A DNA stretch of 64,000 nucleotides from Heteronotia binoei. Its lineage: Eukaryota. Made by a program: the position numbers and the translations under genes. Where the stretch lies: assembly GCF_032191835.1 (NCBI RefSeq), contig NC_083229.1, positions 107,074,001 through 107,138,000 on the forward strand, written 5' to 3'. Shown here piece after piece: positions 22,690-34,260 of this stretch; position 1 is the first letter of the stretch, and each line of letters starts with the position of its first letter. Under the pieces are notes generated by a model. The model did not search any database. It was not told the origin of the DNA and was given only the letters and a program-made list of their open reading frames with translations.

Positions 22690-23647
22690 GTACCATTAGC
22701 ACAAAGCCCTGGCTTGGTTTATAAAAGAGTGATATGTTACGTAAGCTAGACAGGAACCCCTCAGACAGCACATATCCATTCTGTGCTGCACAAGCTGATT
22801 CAGTGTACTGGTCAATTCAGTTTAAAGCACACTTAAGGTTACCACTAAGCAATTGCATCTTGGCACTCAATTCAAACATGGTTAAATCTCCAATTCCCCC
22901 AAACTCCAAACAAGGAAAGCAAGGAATTTAAAAATAATAATAATTGTAGTATAATGAAGATTTGCATCCTATCAAAAGCTAAAGATCTGGAAGATACAAA
23001 TATACAGAAAAGTCACATGGCATACCTGCCCTGGACTGTACTAAGTTAGAGGAAGACTGCGTAACTGAATATTTCTTTGCATCAAACAAGAACAGTACCA
23101 CATACAGAAAGCTAACATGTCAGAAAGACTTCCTTACATGCTAGCTTTTTGAAAGAGGTAAGGGGCATAACATACATGCATGCATTTTTTTCCATCTGCA
23201 GTTTAAAGTTATGCAATCCAGGAAAAGTTATATCATGTACTTTTTTCTGCATGTTCAAACTGGTGCAGTGTGTACATTTTCTTCAAACAAATTAAAGCAT
23301 GCTTTGGAACTGCCTTGTCATTGTTGAAAGAAACTGCATCGGATTTGTTAATTTCAGAAATATTCAGGGAAAGAAGAAATGCAATTAAAACAATTTTGTT
23401 TAATCCAATACAAAGTTGGTATTTTCTAGTCATGCACTGGTAATATTATGACACACAGAAGAGTACTGCCAGGGGACAACTCTATTTAGAACTTGTCATA
23501 GTTAACCAAGTGCTGAAAGCAATTTTTAAAAGATCAATACTTTGAGAAAGTTATTGTGTTAAGCATACAAGGTTCTCATATTACATCTCAATTCAGTCCC
23601 GCTCCTCTCCCCTCCTCACTATAACAGTTCTTCAATCGGCTTTGCAG

Positions 23648-23876
23648 ATAGCGGACCTTGGTGTAGCCTGCTTCAAAAACTGGAGCCGGTTGACGAAAGA
23701 GGAGACCAGCCGACAGAGGAAACTCAAGTGCAACACCAAGAGCAATGCAGGCACACTTTTCTACATGGCTCCTGAGCACTTGCACTCCATCAATATCACA
23801 CCTGTGGAAAAATCAGACGTTTACAGCTTTGGCATAGTGTTATGGGCTATTTTTGCTAACAAGGAACCATATGAGA
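23648..23876 (+). CDS. RIPK1: RIPK1 coding exon 4 (IADLG activation segment, GTLFYMAPE)
   Basis: 229 bp, phase 0-1; RIPK1-typical DLG motif. Confidence 0.95.
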
Positions 23877-23965
23877 GTAAGTATGTTATCTCAGTTTGCT
23901 AAAGTAGTTTTGCAGCACCGTTTCTCCAAAGATAAATGTCAGCATGTTCAATTTCCCTTCCCTAG

Positions 23966-24115
23966 ATGCCACAAATGATGAGCACGTATACTTCTGTGTT
24001 ATGCGAGGGAACAGGCCACTTATAGCTGAAATTGAGGAAAGTTGTCCAAGGGAGATAATTTCTTTAATGGAACGTTGCTGGAGTCAAAACCCAGAGGATC
24101 GGCCAACCTTTGCAG
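23966..24115 (+). CDS. RIPK1: RIPK1 coding exon 5 (GNRP...[18 protein letters not shown])
   Basis: 150 bp, phase 1-1. Confidence 0.94.
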
Positions 24116-24538
24116 GTAGGGAGAGACTACTGTCCTGAAACAAATCCACCAATCTTTTAAAGCAGCACAAGTGAAAATATATCATGAGTAATATAATAAG
24201 CTGGGTAGAAGGCAGCCTAAAAATTATACAGAGTATTCCCAGGTGGCGATGAACGCTTTGCAGAATCTACAAATACAGCAAGGTGAAGGAAAGTGAGATG
24301 TAAATCAGAGCCACTTCAGGCTGCAAGGGGTGCGGGGGAGAGATAACATTTCTAAATGCTACATTACTTGCAAGTAAAAAAACCAGAACATCAGGACAAA
24401 GATTCCTGTTTGTGCCTCTTAATTCCTGCTTTTTAATCCCATGTCACTTTTTATGGGGGAAAGCACATAAAAATATAGCACATCCTGTTTTCATCAATGG
24501 CTGGTTGCATTAATTTACAATGCTTTGATTTGCTGCAG

Positions 24539-24615
24539 AAATCAATATGATGTACAAGCCATATTACTATCAGCACTTTCAGAAATATGTAGAAGATGAC
24601 GTACAAAAGATAAAA
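24539..24615 (+). CDS. RIPK1: RIPK1 coding exon 6 (EINMMYKPYYYQHFQKYVEDDVQKIK)
   Basis: 77 bp, TGCAG| and |GTAAG, phase 1-0; not in the ORF track, found by frame. Confidence 0.88.
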
Positions 24616-25127
24616 GTAAGTTATCAAGCATATGGTATGATACATGGCTCAGATTTTACTTGTTAAAATATTTACACTCTGCCTTGTGCACGATCCACCA
24701 TGGCCCAAAGTAGCTTACAAAACAGTGCTAGCCAAGTATTTTAGAATACAGGTAAATATAATAAAAAATACAAACCATCCACCCTGTACGCAGTTCTCTA
24801 CAACATTATCAGCAACAAAACAACACAAAAAACCCCCAGAACCTTCAGCCTTCATCAAATGCCCTTTTAAACAGAAAGGCCTCTGAGAACAAAATTCCAG
24901 TGGCACTTTAAAGACTAATATTTATATCAGTATGAACTTTCATGAGTCATGGCTTAAGTCCTCAGATACGAGAGCAAGCCAGAGAAGGTAGCTTCTGTGC
25001 TTGTGAGCATGCGAAACCTTTGCCCACATCCATACAAATTTTCTTTGATGAACATTCTGAGCCACACACTCATGGAAGTTAGGGTGTTGGAGATGATTTA
25101 ATCAAGTATTTTTTGTGCATTTGACAG

Positions 25128-25218
25128 AAAGTGTACCCTGAACCAACGGAACTTGTCAAAAGGATGCAGTCTCTCCAAGTTGATGCTGTAGCAGAACCAC
25201 CAAGTAGCACCCGGATAG
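25128..25218 (+). CDS. RIPK1: RIPK1 coding exon 7 (RMQSLQVD caspase-8 site)
   Basis: 91 bp, phase 0-1. Confidence 0.92.
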
Positions 25219-25789
25219 GTAATCCATTTCATTTTTCTCAGCAGTCACCTTTTTGTCTTCCTATTTATGCAGAATCGTTCACCTTTACAATTGCACAGTG
25301 TTTAGGAGTAACTTCACATGCAGACCCAGACTCATGATCCCTGAAAGAGAAAATACAGTTGAGGCCTGTAGTTCAAAGTTCATCAGAACTGCTGTGTATT
25401 TACATGCTACATTCTGATTAAAAACAAGACTACTTTAGGGTACAAGGAAACTAGCAAGGAAGTCCATCTTGGTTACAGAATTTCAGCTCTGGGCAAGCAA
25501 CAACAATTTACCTGCACAATCTAGGTTAGGTAATACCTGGTGAAAGTTCAGTAGCTAGGAATGGAGAACAGGAAGACCAGAGAGAGGTCACCTCAGACTA
25601 AAAAATACACACAACCCTAAGGCCTTGAGCCATTCTGAGCGAATGCCGATTAAAAGTTACTGTTACGACTATGTGTCCTCTTTTAAAGATTGTATACTAG
25701 TGTTAAACAGAAGATAGTGGAACTTTCATTTATTGAATAAGAAGTGGAGTAAAACCATTGCTGGAAGAATTTTCGAAGCAGGAGCATCA

Positions 25790-25856
25790 ACTTTCTGTAC
25801 TTTGGCACTCTACTTTCTGTACTTTGGCACTCTACTTTCATTGATATTGGCACTCT
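25790..25856. repeat. 22-bp tandem repeat (two exact copies plus one diverged)
   Basis: ACTTTCTGTACTTTGGCACTCT twice, then ACTTTCATTGATATTGGCACTCT. Confidence 0.8.
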
Positions 25857-26327
25857 ATTGAGACTTGTTCTGGTTTCTTGTCCTCATTTGTAAAGACTTT
25901 GTGAAGTACATTATAATTTAGTAATTTTTGGCCACTGTAACATTAGGGTTGTGTGTATTTTTTAGGAATGGAGAATAGGCAGGATTTCTAATGTTGAGGG
26001 GTGGGGTTTCAATGACCCACAGATCTGTGCCTCCACTGAAGACTGAGTTGGTTTATTTTTATTTTTTTCCCTTTTTATGCTGGTTGCCAGTAGCAAAGTA
26101 GATCTTGGGCTTTTTGGCTGATAAATGATGCTTGTGAAACAGTCAGAGGCTTTTTTGTGCGTAGGTCAGTAAAGACAGAAAGAGCAGCAGAAGCAACGTT
26201 ATGTAGGGCGTATGCATGATCTTATACCTTTAGAACCAGTAAGAAAGCACCTGTCAAACCCAACACCTTCAGTTACACCTTTGCAAAGCTATCTGTCATG
26301 CTACTTAACCTTCCTGTTCCCCTGCAG

Positions 26328-26951
26328 ATCTGCCCAGTTCTCTACACAGTTCTCAGGGTCTCGCAGCCAACACTGTGGATGAAGCCTTGTTTGCGGCTTG
26401 TCCTGAAAATGAACCCGTGGAGAGCTGTGAAACCTCCTTTGAGCCCCATTCTGTGAACCTGGACAGAAAACTGCAGGATGAACTGAACTACCACAAGTAT
26501 GGCAGCAGGATGGACAAACCAGAAAGCCCCTCTGTGGCATACAGTGCAGAAATGCAAGAGGAGGAGAGGAGAAGGAGGGTTTCTCATGACCCATTTGTAA
26601 AGGTGCCTGCTACCCCACGGGCACAAGAGACACACTCAAGAGCTGAAAACCCCAGATCAAACTTTGGTCATAATTTGATCAACAACACTCCGGCCCATTA
26701 CAATCACCTAAGGCAACAGTCACCGGGTAGAGTGCTACCCAAAAGGCAGAACATCCCAAACAGTCCAAATAATTCATATGGGATGAGGCCTGTGGATCTG
26801 GGAACATGCATGGATGCAGAGGATATGTATAGATCACATTCAGCTAATACTGTTAATTTCAGTAAGCCACCTGTGCCTGAATCTGGTGCAAATCATCAAC
26901 CAAAGCCCTCAATGCCACATCACATCCCGAAAAGCCAAAACACGGACCCTG
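26328..26951 (+). CDS. RIPK1: RIPK1 coding exon 8 (intermediate domain, RKLQDELNYH)
   Basis: 624 bp, phase 1-1; SSLHSSQG and KLQDE.NYH motifs. Confidence 0.9.
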
Positions 26952-26994
26952 GTAAGAATTCTGTTTGGGGATATACTTAAGGAGGAAAGTGAAC

Positions 26995-27236
26995 GTTGTT
27001 ATTCAGTCGCACAGTTGAGTCTGACTCTTTGCGACCCCATGGACAAAGTCACGCCAGGCCCTCCTGTCTTCCACCATCCTCTGAAGTCTGCTCAAATTCG
27101 TGTTAGTTACATCAGTAACGCTGTCCAGCCATCTCATCTTTTGCCATCCCCTTCTTCTTTTGCCTTCTGTCTTTCCCAGCATCAGGGTCTTCTCCAGTGA
27201 GTGCTCCCTTCTCATTTGGTGGCCAAGTATTTGAGC
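26995..27236 (-). mobile_element. RTE-BovB 3' end
   Basis: GHQMRREHSLEKTLMLGKTEGKRRRGWQKMRWLDSVTD...AWRDFVHGVAKSQTQL plus short tail. Confidence 0.9.
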
Positions 27237-27391
27237 GAACATACTCAGCTATAACTGACAGATGCGAACTGGCAAGATGACACTTGCAGACTCTAGGTGG
27301 GACTTGGGCTAAATTTTCAAGTTTCGCCAATTCCTCCATCCTGCTGCAGACCCTTCTTCCAATATTGTTCAGGGTCCCCTATGAGCAGCAC

Positions 27392-27562
27392 CAGGGCCAG
27401 TTCTGCCACTAGGCAAACTAGGCAATTGTCTAGGGCGCTGACAGTCTGGGGGTGCCAAATTGAGCGCTACAATTCATCTGTTTTTGAAAATTGGTTATCA
27501 GTGCAGGGGGGCATCAGATGGTAGCCTTGCTTAGGATGCCAGATAGTCTAGGGCTGGCCCTG
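27392..27562. mobile_element. hAT MITE (CAGGGCC TIR family)
   Basis: TIRs CAGGGCCAG / CTGGCCCTG; TSD AGCAGCAC/AACAGCAC; homologue at 33763-33928. Confidence 0.78.
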
Positions 27563-27668
27563 AACAGCACTGTATGGAGATTGGTGAGCTGTGCTTTGGC
27601 GGGGGCGGGGGGAGCACACAGGAGAGTTCCATTCTGCCATTGGACAGTTTAGTCTGGATCCAGTTCAC

Positions 27669-28224
27669 TGTCATAGGGAACAAGGATGAGCTGACATCTG
27701 AGCCTTTAACTGGCCCCGCTAGTGCTTCTGAGCCTGTAGCCGGCCCCTCTAGTGCTCCTGAAGTTGACAGCTTGCCACCAGCATTCCCTGTACCTGACCC
27801 AGCAGTAGAGGAAGAGGAGGAGGTGCAATGGCAAGCAGGGAGTCCGCCTGACTCACCCCTACGGGTAGCGTGGTTGAGGGAGCAACTCTGCTGAGACTTA
27901 GCAGCCCAGCGGAGGAATGCATGCCTATGGGGAAGGCTGTTACTGAGCCCTGAGTATTAGCAGGAACTTCTCCACTGTTAATTGGAGGCCCATTTAGCCC
28001 CCTGCTCAGGGCTGGGCTCTCCGTGGAAGTAACAAGTCGCTTTGGCATGACGCACGTCCACCTCAGCTTTTGCACTCTAGCTTAGACTCTTCAGTTTCCT
28101 GACTCCCAGCTTTAGATGACCTCGCTTTCCACTCTCTGACTTGGCTTTTTGACTCTGCTTTTGTTTGAACTTTTGGCTTGACCCCGAGCTGGACTTTGCT
28201 CACACCCACACCCAGCCTGTAACA
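27669..28224. mobile_element. Probable solo LTR (556 bp)
   Basis: TGTCA...TGTAACA termini; candidate 5-bp TSD TTCAC/TCCAT (two transitions); GC-richer than flanks. Confidence 0.55.
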
Positions 28225-28304
28225 TCCATTATCTCTGCTACCCATTACACATGGGTATAGTTTAATTCTACTTTGCTAATTCTGGATGGCTAAAATGTAA
28301 CAAA

Positions 28305-28590
28305 GAGCCCTGTGGCACAGAGTGGTAAAGCTGGAGTACTGCAGTCCAAATTCTGCTCACAACCTGAGTTCGATCCTGGCAGAAGCTGGGTTCAGTTAGC
28401 TGGCTCAAGGTTGACTCAGCCTTCCATCCTTGCGAGGTCAGTAAAATGAGTACCCAGCTTTCTGTGAATAAAGCATAGATGGCTGGGGAAGGCAATGGCA
28501 AACCACCCTGTAAAAGTCTGCCAAAAAAACATCCTGACTCCATGGGTCGGTAACAAGCCAGTGCTTCCACTGTAAATTACCTTTACCTTT
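28305..28590 (+). mobile_element. Sauria-type (Squam1-like) SINE
   Basis: tRNA-like head GAGCCCTGTGGCACAGAGTGGTAAAG...GAGTTCGATCC; tail ACCTTTACCTTT. Confidence 0.85.
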
Positions 28591-28769
28591 ATATGTAACA
28601 TGAGTTCAGAACAATGGGCAATATACCTTTAGGTTACTTAAAACCTAACTGTCCGGTATACAGGTGAGTAGGCATGTTGGTCTGAAGCAATAGGATAGAA
28701 TTAGAATCCAGTGGCACCTGTAAGACCAAAAAAGTTTTATTCAAAGTATGAGCTTTTGTGTGCATGCAA

Positions 28770-28889
28770 CAGGGCTTTTTTGGTAGAAAAAGCCTAGCAG
28801 GAACTCATTTGCATATTAGGCCACACCCCCTGACAACAACCCAACCGGGGCTGCATTCTTGTGCATTCCTGCTCAAAAAACCCACCCTG
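28770..28889. mobile_element. CAGGGCTTTTTT-family MITE nested in an inverted Penelope remnant (~28705-28932)
   Basis: TIRs present; ATTTGCAT octamer at 28807; flanks are mutually inverted Penelope termini. Confidence 0.68.
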
Positions 28890-29792
28890 GCAAGCCTGCT
28901 TTGTTGGTCTTAAAGGTGCCACTGGACTCTTAACTTTAGTCTATTATCCTGTATACATGTATATTAATTAAGGCATATGATTGTAGTTTCCATCCCACAT
29001 AAACTTTCCGCTCCCTGCTGGCCTGCCAGTACACATCTACCTTTGTCATTTATGGCTAAATAAACAAAACTGACATTGGTTAAGATTCCCTGCTTAGTCA
29101 CCTGAAAGTGATTCTTATCGCAGTTGACTGGGTGGGCAGCTCTTCATAAACCTAAGGCACGACAGGAGTGAGCTATACCTAAGTAATTTGTACAGAAAAC
29201 TCAAATCCTCATTACCTTAACTGGTATATTAATGATTCTGTACTGTTAAGCTGTAGTTTGAGTATAATACAACGTGTATGTAATTGTTTAGGTCCAGTGG
29301 AGTTTTATCCTTTTATGAAGGCAAACTTTGCACAAACTTCTCCTACGCACAGCAAAAGCACAGGTAATCAATCAGATGCAGTTGTTTTCTTAATATAGGC
29401 AGTTTGAGTCTAATACTATTTGGCCCAAGTCTGTTCATACTTGTAACCAAAACAACTTTGTAACCTGAAAGCTCTCTGGCTACTTAAATGTAGCTAAACT
29501 GTAAATGCATGAGCAATATTACACAGTAGACTTGTGGTGCCTTTAAGTAGGACAAAATTTTATTGCTGCTTTAGTGTTCGTGGATTGGAGCCAATGTCTT
29601 CAGATGCAGTGAACTCCTGACTGCACCTTTAGAATAGGTTCATGAAGACTTATGCCGGAATAAAATGATTAGCAGGTTAAGGTGCCACAAGATTCCTGCT
29701 TGTTCTTGCTGCAACAGGCTAACACTGCTACATTTTTGGAAGATACAAAATCTTTCTGGACAAGTATAGAACCGTTAACCGTTATTCTTGTC

Positions 29793-30232
29793 CAGGCCTT
29801 GAATTCAGCAGGAGCTCATAGGAGTGCAGCTCCCTGAACCTTTCTGACGCCCCCACCTGCCTTGTCCACTGAATAGTAGGTGCAGCTGCATAACAATCTC
29901 TGGATTAGGCGAGCAGGCAGCGAGCCAGCCACCAGGAGCTTTGCCACACCCCCAGCAGCCCTCATTAACCCATGGAGAAGCCCACACCACCCTTTCTCCA
30001 CTTCTTAGGTGATTTTGGGTGGCAGGTGGCTTGCTGGCCTTTTGACTGGGGGGTGGCAGCCAAGGAGAGCCCCAGGTGAGCGAGGCCTGCTTGGGCTGGC
30101 TGGATCTCTAGCCAGCCCAAGCAGGCCTCGCTTGCCCGGGACTCTCCTTTCTTGTATCGGGTTTCCTTTGACTGGTGGGGGGGGCATATGCTAATGAGCT
30201 CCACCACCTATTTTTCTACAAAACGACCCCTG
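29793..30232. mobile_element. hAT MITE (440 bp)
   Basis: Perfect 8-bp TSD TTCTTGTC; CAGG...CCTG ends. Confidence 0.82.
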
Positions 30233-30399
30233 TTCTTGTCTAAGTACTGACTATTGCAATGAAAGTATGCTGCGATGCACAATAAAAGTACATTAGATTT
30301 CTGATTTTACATGTTACTAAAAGTTACTTACCTCACTGTCTCCATCCCTTGTTTTGTGTGAATCTGATGTTTATGTATTTTGAACTGTCTCATATACAG

Positions 30400-30546
30400 A
30401 AGAACTGGCACAGTACAACATAGTTAACAGCTGTGGAATTCAAATAGGGGCCTACAACTATATGGCAATAAATGATCAGAATTTCCAAATATGCAGTTAT
30501 CCAGCAAATACTTCCTACGCATCTGCAGATTACCAGAAACTGTTTG
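30400..30546 (+). CDS. RIPK1: RIPK1 coding exon 9 (RHIM, GIQIGAYNYM)
   Basis: 147 bp, phase 1-1; IQIG RHIM core; not in the ORF track. Confidence 0.92.
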
Positions 30547-32151
30547 GTAAGTATGAAAATAAATATTGCTCTTCCTTAATGACATAATATTTGGTCTAGG
30601 ATTATTTCATTTCATTCTTGTAACTCTATTCAGGAACATAGAATTTTAGGATTGAAAAGGACAGAGGATCATCTACCAAAGAAAGGTATTTCATGCCCAA
30701 ACATTTTTAGTAGATTAATCTATAGAAATAAATGTACCTTGAACGTCACAGCCTTTTCAGTGAGATTTTGGGAATCTGCATCTGTGATTTCATATTGTGT
30801 CGCAGGCGATCACTAGATGCATCCTAAAGTCCGCCACAAGATGACATCATTATTGCACTCCAGGTTGGAAGAGTGAAGTTCAGCCGCTGTTTTCACACTG
30901 AGATGGGGGCTTTTTTCCTTCCCCCCATCAGCAGAGATGGAGAACAAGAGGGGGGGGGCGACAGGAATGACCAGAAAGGCTTTATTTATGATGCAAATAT
31001 TATGTGCATGAAATGAACACACTGTCTGCTTTTTCACTCACCACAGTAACTCTGCACACACAGCATGTGTGTATAGGCAGTGCTTATAGAAGAGCATCAT
31101 ACTCACTAGTCCTGCCTCTAACCTGCCCCTGCCTACCAGCACTGTTCCCTCTATTTTTTCTTCTTCTACTGAATGCATTAGTTCACATCCTGAGCAGAAT
31201 ATGGCAACTGTAATCTTAAAATGGGCAATGGGCAGTGCAAGACCTTGGGCAGCTCCAGACCACTGCTGAGCAGGGTTTCTTCTGTTAATGAGCGGCCGCT
31301 CACAGACACAGTTTAGAGGGAAAGCTGCCTACAAGTGTTCAGCCTGACATCCACCAAGAGCCTGTGGGCATACAAACTATATGTGTGCAAGTTTTGTTCT
31401 TGAGAAGCTACTGTTATGTGGAAAGACAGCCTATACTTGTATAGGTGGTACATATTTATATTTAAATCCAGAAGGATCTCAAAGGCACCTGACATAGAAT
31501 AGTACTATTAATTTGGTGACAGCTTCCATCTCCTGTGACACAGCCCTTTTGTTGTTCCCCATCCCTTCTCACACAGTCTCAGTCCCTGACTGCTATCAGC
31601 TGGATGGTCAGTTGCCTGGCTGTGTGTCCTATTTGGGACATCATCATCAGATTTGTCTATTCTGCCACCCTGTTATTATTTATTGAGTGATACTGAGGGG
31701 GTGGTTAGTGAGGCTGTGGCAAAATTTCTGGCTGACATCCTTAAATTTAATTCTGACCATGTTTGAATGTATCTGTAAGCTCGGTTTTATTTTGATTTTA
31801 TCTCCAATGTTTAAAATTTTATATTCTGTGTATTTTTATCTGAATCTATTATGCCATTAAAGGTTTGGTATGGTATGGTATGGTGTGTCCTATCCTCGCT
31901 TTGCCCAGGACAGCTGGTTTCTTCTTCACAGTCTCAAGTCAGAAAGGAAGGAACCAGATGAAGCAGCTTTGCCTCCACTGAGTGATGTAAATTCTGTGTT
32001 GATCTGGAACTGAACACACATAGGCAGGGGAGGACAAATATGTGCAATCCCACATCGGCATGCTAGAGTTTAGCTGCTGCTCACAACTGAATGTCCTTTC
32101 AATAGGAAGCAATGGACTGCCAGCATTATCTTACCTCCGTGTAAAAGTAAA

Positions 32152-32405
32152 AAAAGGTAAAGGTAGTCCCTGTGCAACCACCAGTCATTTCCGACTCTGG
32201 GGTGACATTGCTTTCACGACGTTTTCACGGCAGACTTTTTACGGGGTGGTTTGTCATTGCCTTCCCCAGTCATCTACACTTTCTCCCCAGCAAGCTGGGT
32301 ACTCATTTTACTGACCTCTGAAGGATGGAAGGCTGAGTCAACCTTGAGCCAGCTACCTGAACCCAGCTTCCACCAGGATCGAACTCAGGTCATGAGCAGA
32401 GCTTA
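32152..32405 (-). mobile_element. Sauria-type SINE
   Basis: Reverse complement of most of 28305-28590; AAAGGTAAAGGT tail. Confidence 0.85.
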
Positions 32406-32748
32406 CTGCAGTATTGTACAGGGAACAAAACTGGATTTCTTAAACACAAATTGCTGCCATGCTAATTATGGAGGGGCAGCAGTGGGTGGAAGATTGGGAA
32501 GTTTGGGAGTTTAAATATCAGCTCAGCCACGCTGCTGGGCAGTTGCCTATTCCACAGCCTAGCTTAGCCTATAGGGTTGCTATAAGAATAACCGGAGATA
32601 AACACATGGATGCCACCTTGTGTTCCTTGGAGGCAAGGCAGGATAAAAATGTGATCATTCGTTCTAGCTCTGTCCTGGGAACAAAAGAATGGAAGGCTGT
32701 CACTGAAAGACCTCAACATGCATCCTGTTTTTGCTTTTCCATCTGCAG

Positions 32749-33059
32749 ATAGTACTGCAGTCATTTCTGACGCATACCTGAACCTTGTGAGAGACAACTT
32801 GGCCAAACAGTGGAAATGCTGTGCTCGTAAGCTGGGCTTCAAAGACTCCGAGCTGGATGAAATTGACCACGACTATGAACGGGATGGATTAAAAGAAAAG
32901 GTTTACCAGATGTTCCAGAGGTGGCAGATGAAGGAAGGCAGCAAAGGGACAACGGTGGGAAAGCTGGCAAGAGCTCTCTTTGCTTGCCAGAGGATCGACC
33001 TCCTTAACAGCCTTGTAAAAATAAACCAGGAGTCTCAAGGAACAGCAGGAGGCTGCTAA
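32749..33059 (+). CDS. RIPK1: RIPK1 last coding exon (death domain, [10 protein letters not shown]...[14 protein letters not shown])
   Basis: CTGCAG| acceptor, stop TAA at 33057-33059; total CDS 2073 bp. Confidence 0.95.
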
Positions 33060-33118
33060 CGTGGAAGACATTTTCTAAAGGAAACATATTTTGCTACAGT
33101 ATTTTGATAGCCCATTAT

Positions 33119-33300
33119 CAGGGCTTCTTTTGTAGCAGGAACTCCTTTGCATATTAGGCCACACCCCCTGATGTAGCCAATCCTCCAAGAGCTTACAAGG
33201 CTCTTCTTACAGGGCCTACTGTAAGTTCCAGGAGGATTGGCTGAATCGGGGTGTGTGTGGTCTAATGTGCAAAAGAGTTTCTGCTACAAAAAGAGTCCTG
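33119..33300. mobile_element. Fold-back hAT MITE in the probable RIPK1 3' UTR
   Basis: Whole element is an imperfect palindrome; TSD CCCATTAT/GACATTAT; homologue at 53307-53489. Confidence 0.8.
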
Positions 33301-33456
33301 GACATTATAAATATCTCAGTGCTGCCAGTATAAGACTTTTAGTATAAGCAGAAAAAGGAATGTAGATTTTCCTTAATTGTATTTCTGTTTTAACAGCTGT
33401 CACATCTTGCTGAACAACACCAAGAAACGTAAAGGCTGGAAATAATGTGTTTTTAG

Positions 33457-33462
33457 AATAAA
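33457..33462 (+). terminator. Candidate RIPK1 polyadenylation signal
   Basis: First AATAAA after the stop codon. Confidence 0.45.
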
Positions 33463-33762
33463 CTGCCAGATCGTGAATGTATTTGTACAATTTTAATTGG
33501 AAAAGAACCCTATAAATGGGTGTTAAGTCTGTTCTGATGCGGTGGTTATCAGGAATCACTTCTCAGGAAAAAAAAAAACTTCGTGCATCATTCTTAAAAG
33601 AAGAATCATTTTCTTTCTAACACATAAAACAATTAGCACATTATAGGAAACAAAAGATGACAGGGAAGAAGGCAGGTGGCTTTCCCACTAACATTTATGC
33701 AAATCATATTTGGGTGAGGGGCTGACATGGAATGATGCACTTCATCCCTATGGTTACCACCA

Positions 33763-33928
33763 CAGGGCTAGCCCTGCCACTAGGCAGACTAGGCAATTGC
33801 CTAGAGCACCACCCTTTTGGGGCGCCAAAGTGGGCACCTCCAGGTGACTTGGTGATGTTATCAGTGCAGGGGTGGAGCGCCAGAAGTTAACCTTGCCTAG
33901 GGTGCCAGACAGTCTAAGGCTGGCCCTG
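33763..33928. mobile_element. hAT MITE (CAGGGCC family)
   Basis: Homologous to 27392-27562; TIRs CAGGGCTAG / CTGGCCCTG. Confidence 0.72.
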
Positions 33929-33981
33929 CACCACATGAAGATGATTCCCATTTGTGCAATCACTGCAGAAGCATTCAAAGA

Positions 33982-34260
33982 TGATAATTATATTGGATTT
34001 ATATCCCGCCCTCCACTCTGAATTTCAGAGTCTCAGAGCAGCTCACAATCTCCTTTATCTTCCTCCCCCACAACAGACACCCTGTGAGGTGGGTGGGGCT
34101 GAGAGAACTCTCTTAGCAGCTGCCCTTTCAAGGACAACCTCTGCCAGAGCTATGGCTGACCCAAGGCCATTCCAGCAGATGCAAGTGGAGGAGTGGGGAA
34201 TCAAACCCAGTTCTCCCAGATAAGAGTCCGCACACTTAACCACTACACCAAACTGGCTCT
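33982..34260 (-). mobile_element. Squam3-like SINE
   Basis: Ends CTTAACCACTACACCAAACTGGCTCT (tRNA-like head on minus); near-identical to 34945-35219. Confidence 0.85.

Noticed and set aside
23654-23662. DLG instead of DFG suggesting a pseudokinase
   Set aside because: DLG is the normal RIPK1 motif; the catalytic Lys, alphaC Glu and HKD Asp are intact.
25790-25856. CRISPR-like or functional repeat array
   Set aside because: Adjacent 22-bp tandem duplication without spacers in a vertebrate intron; ordinary slippage.
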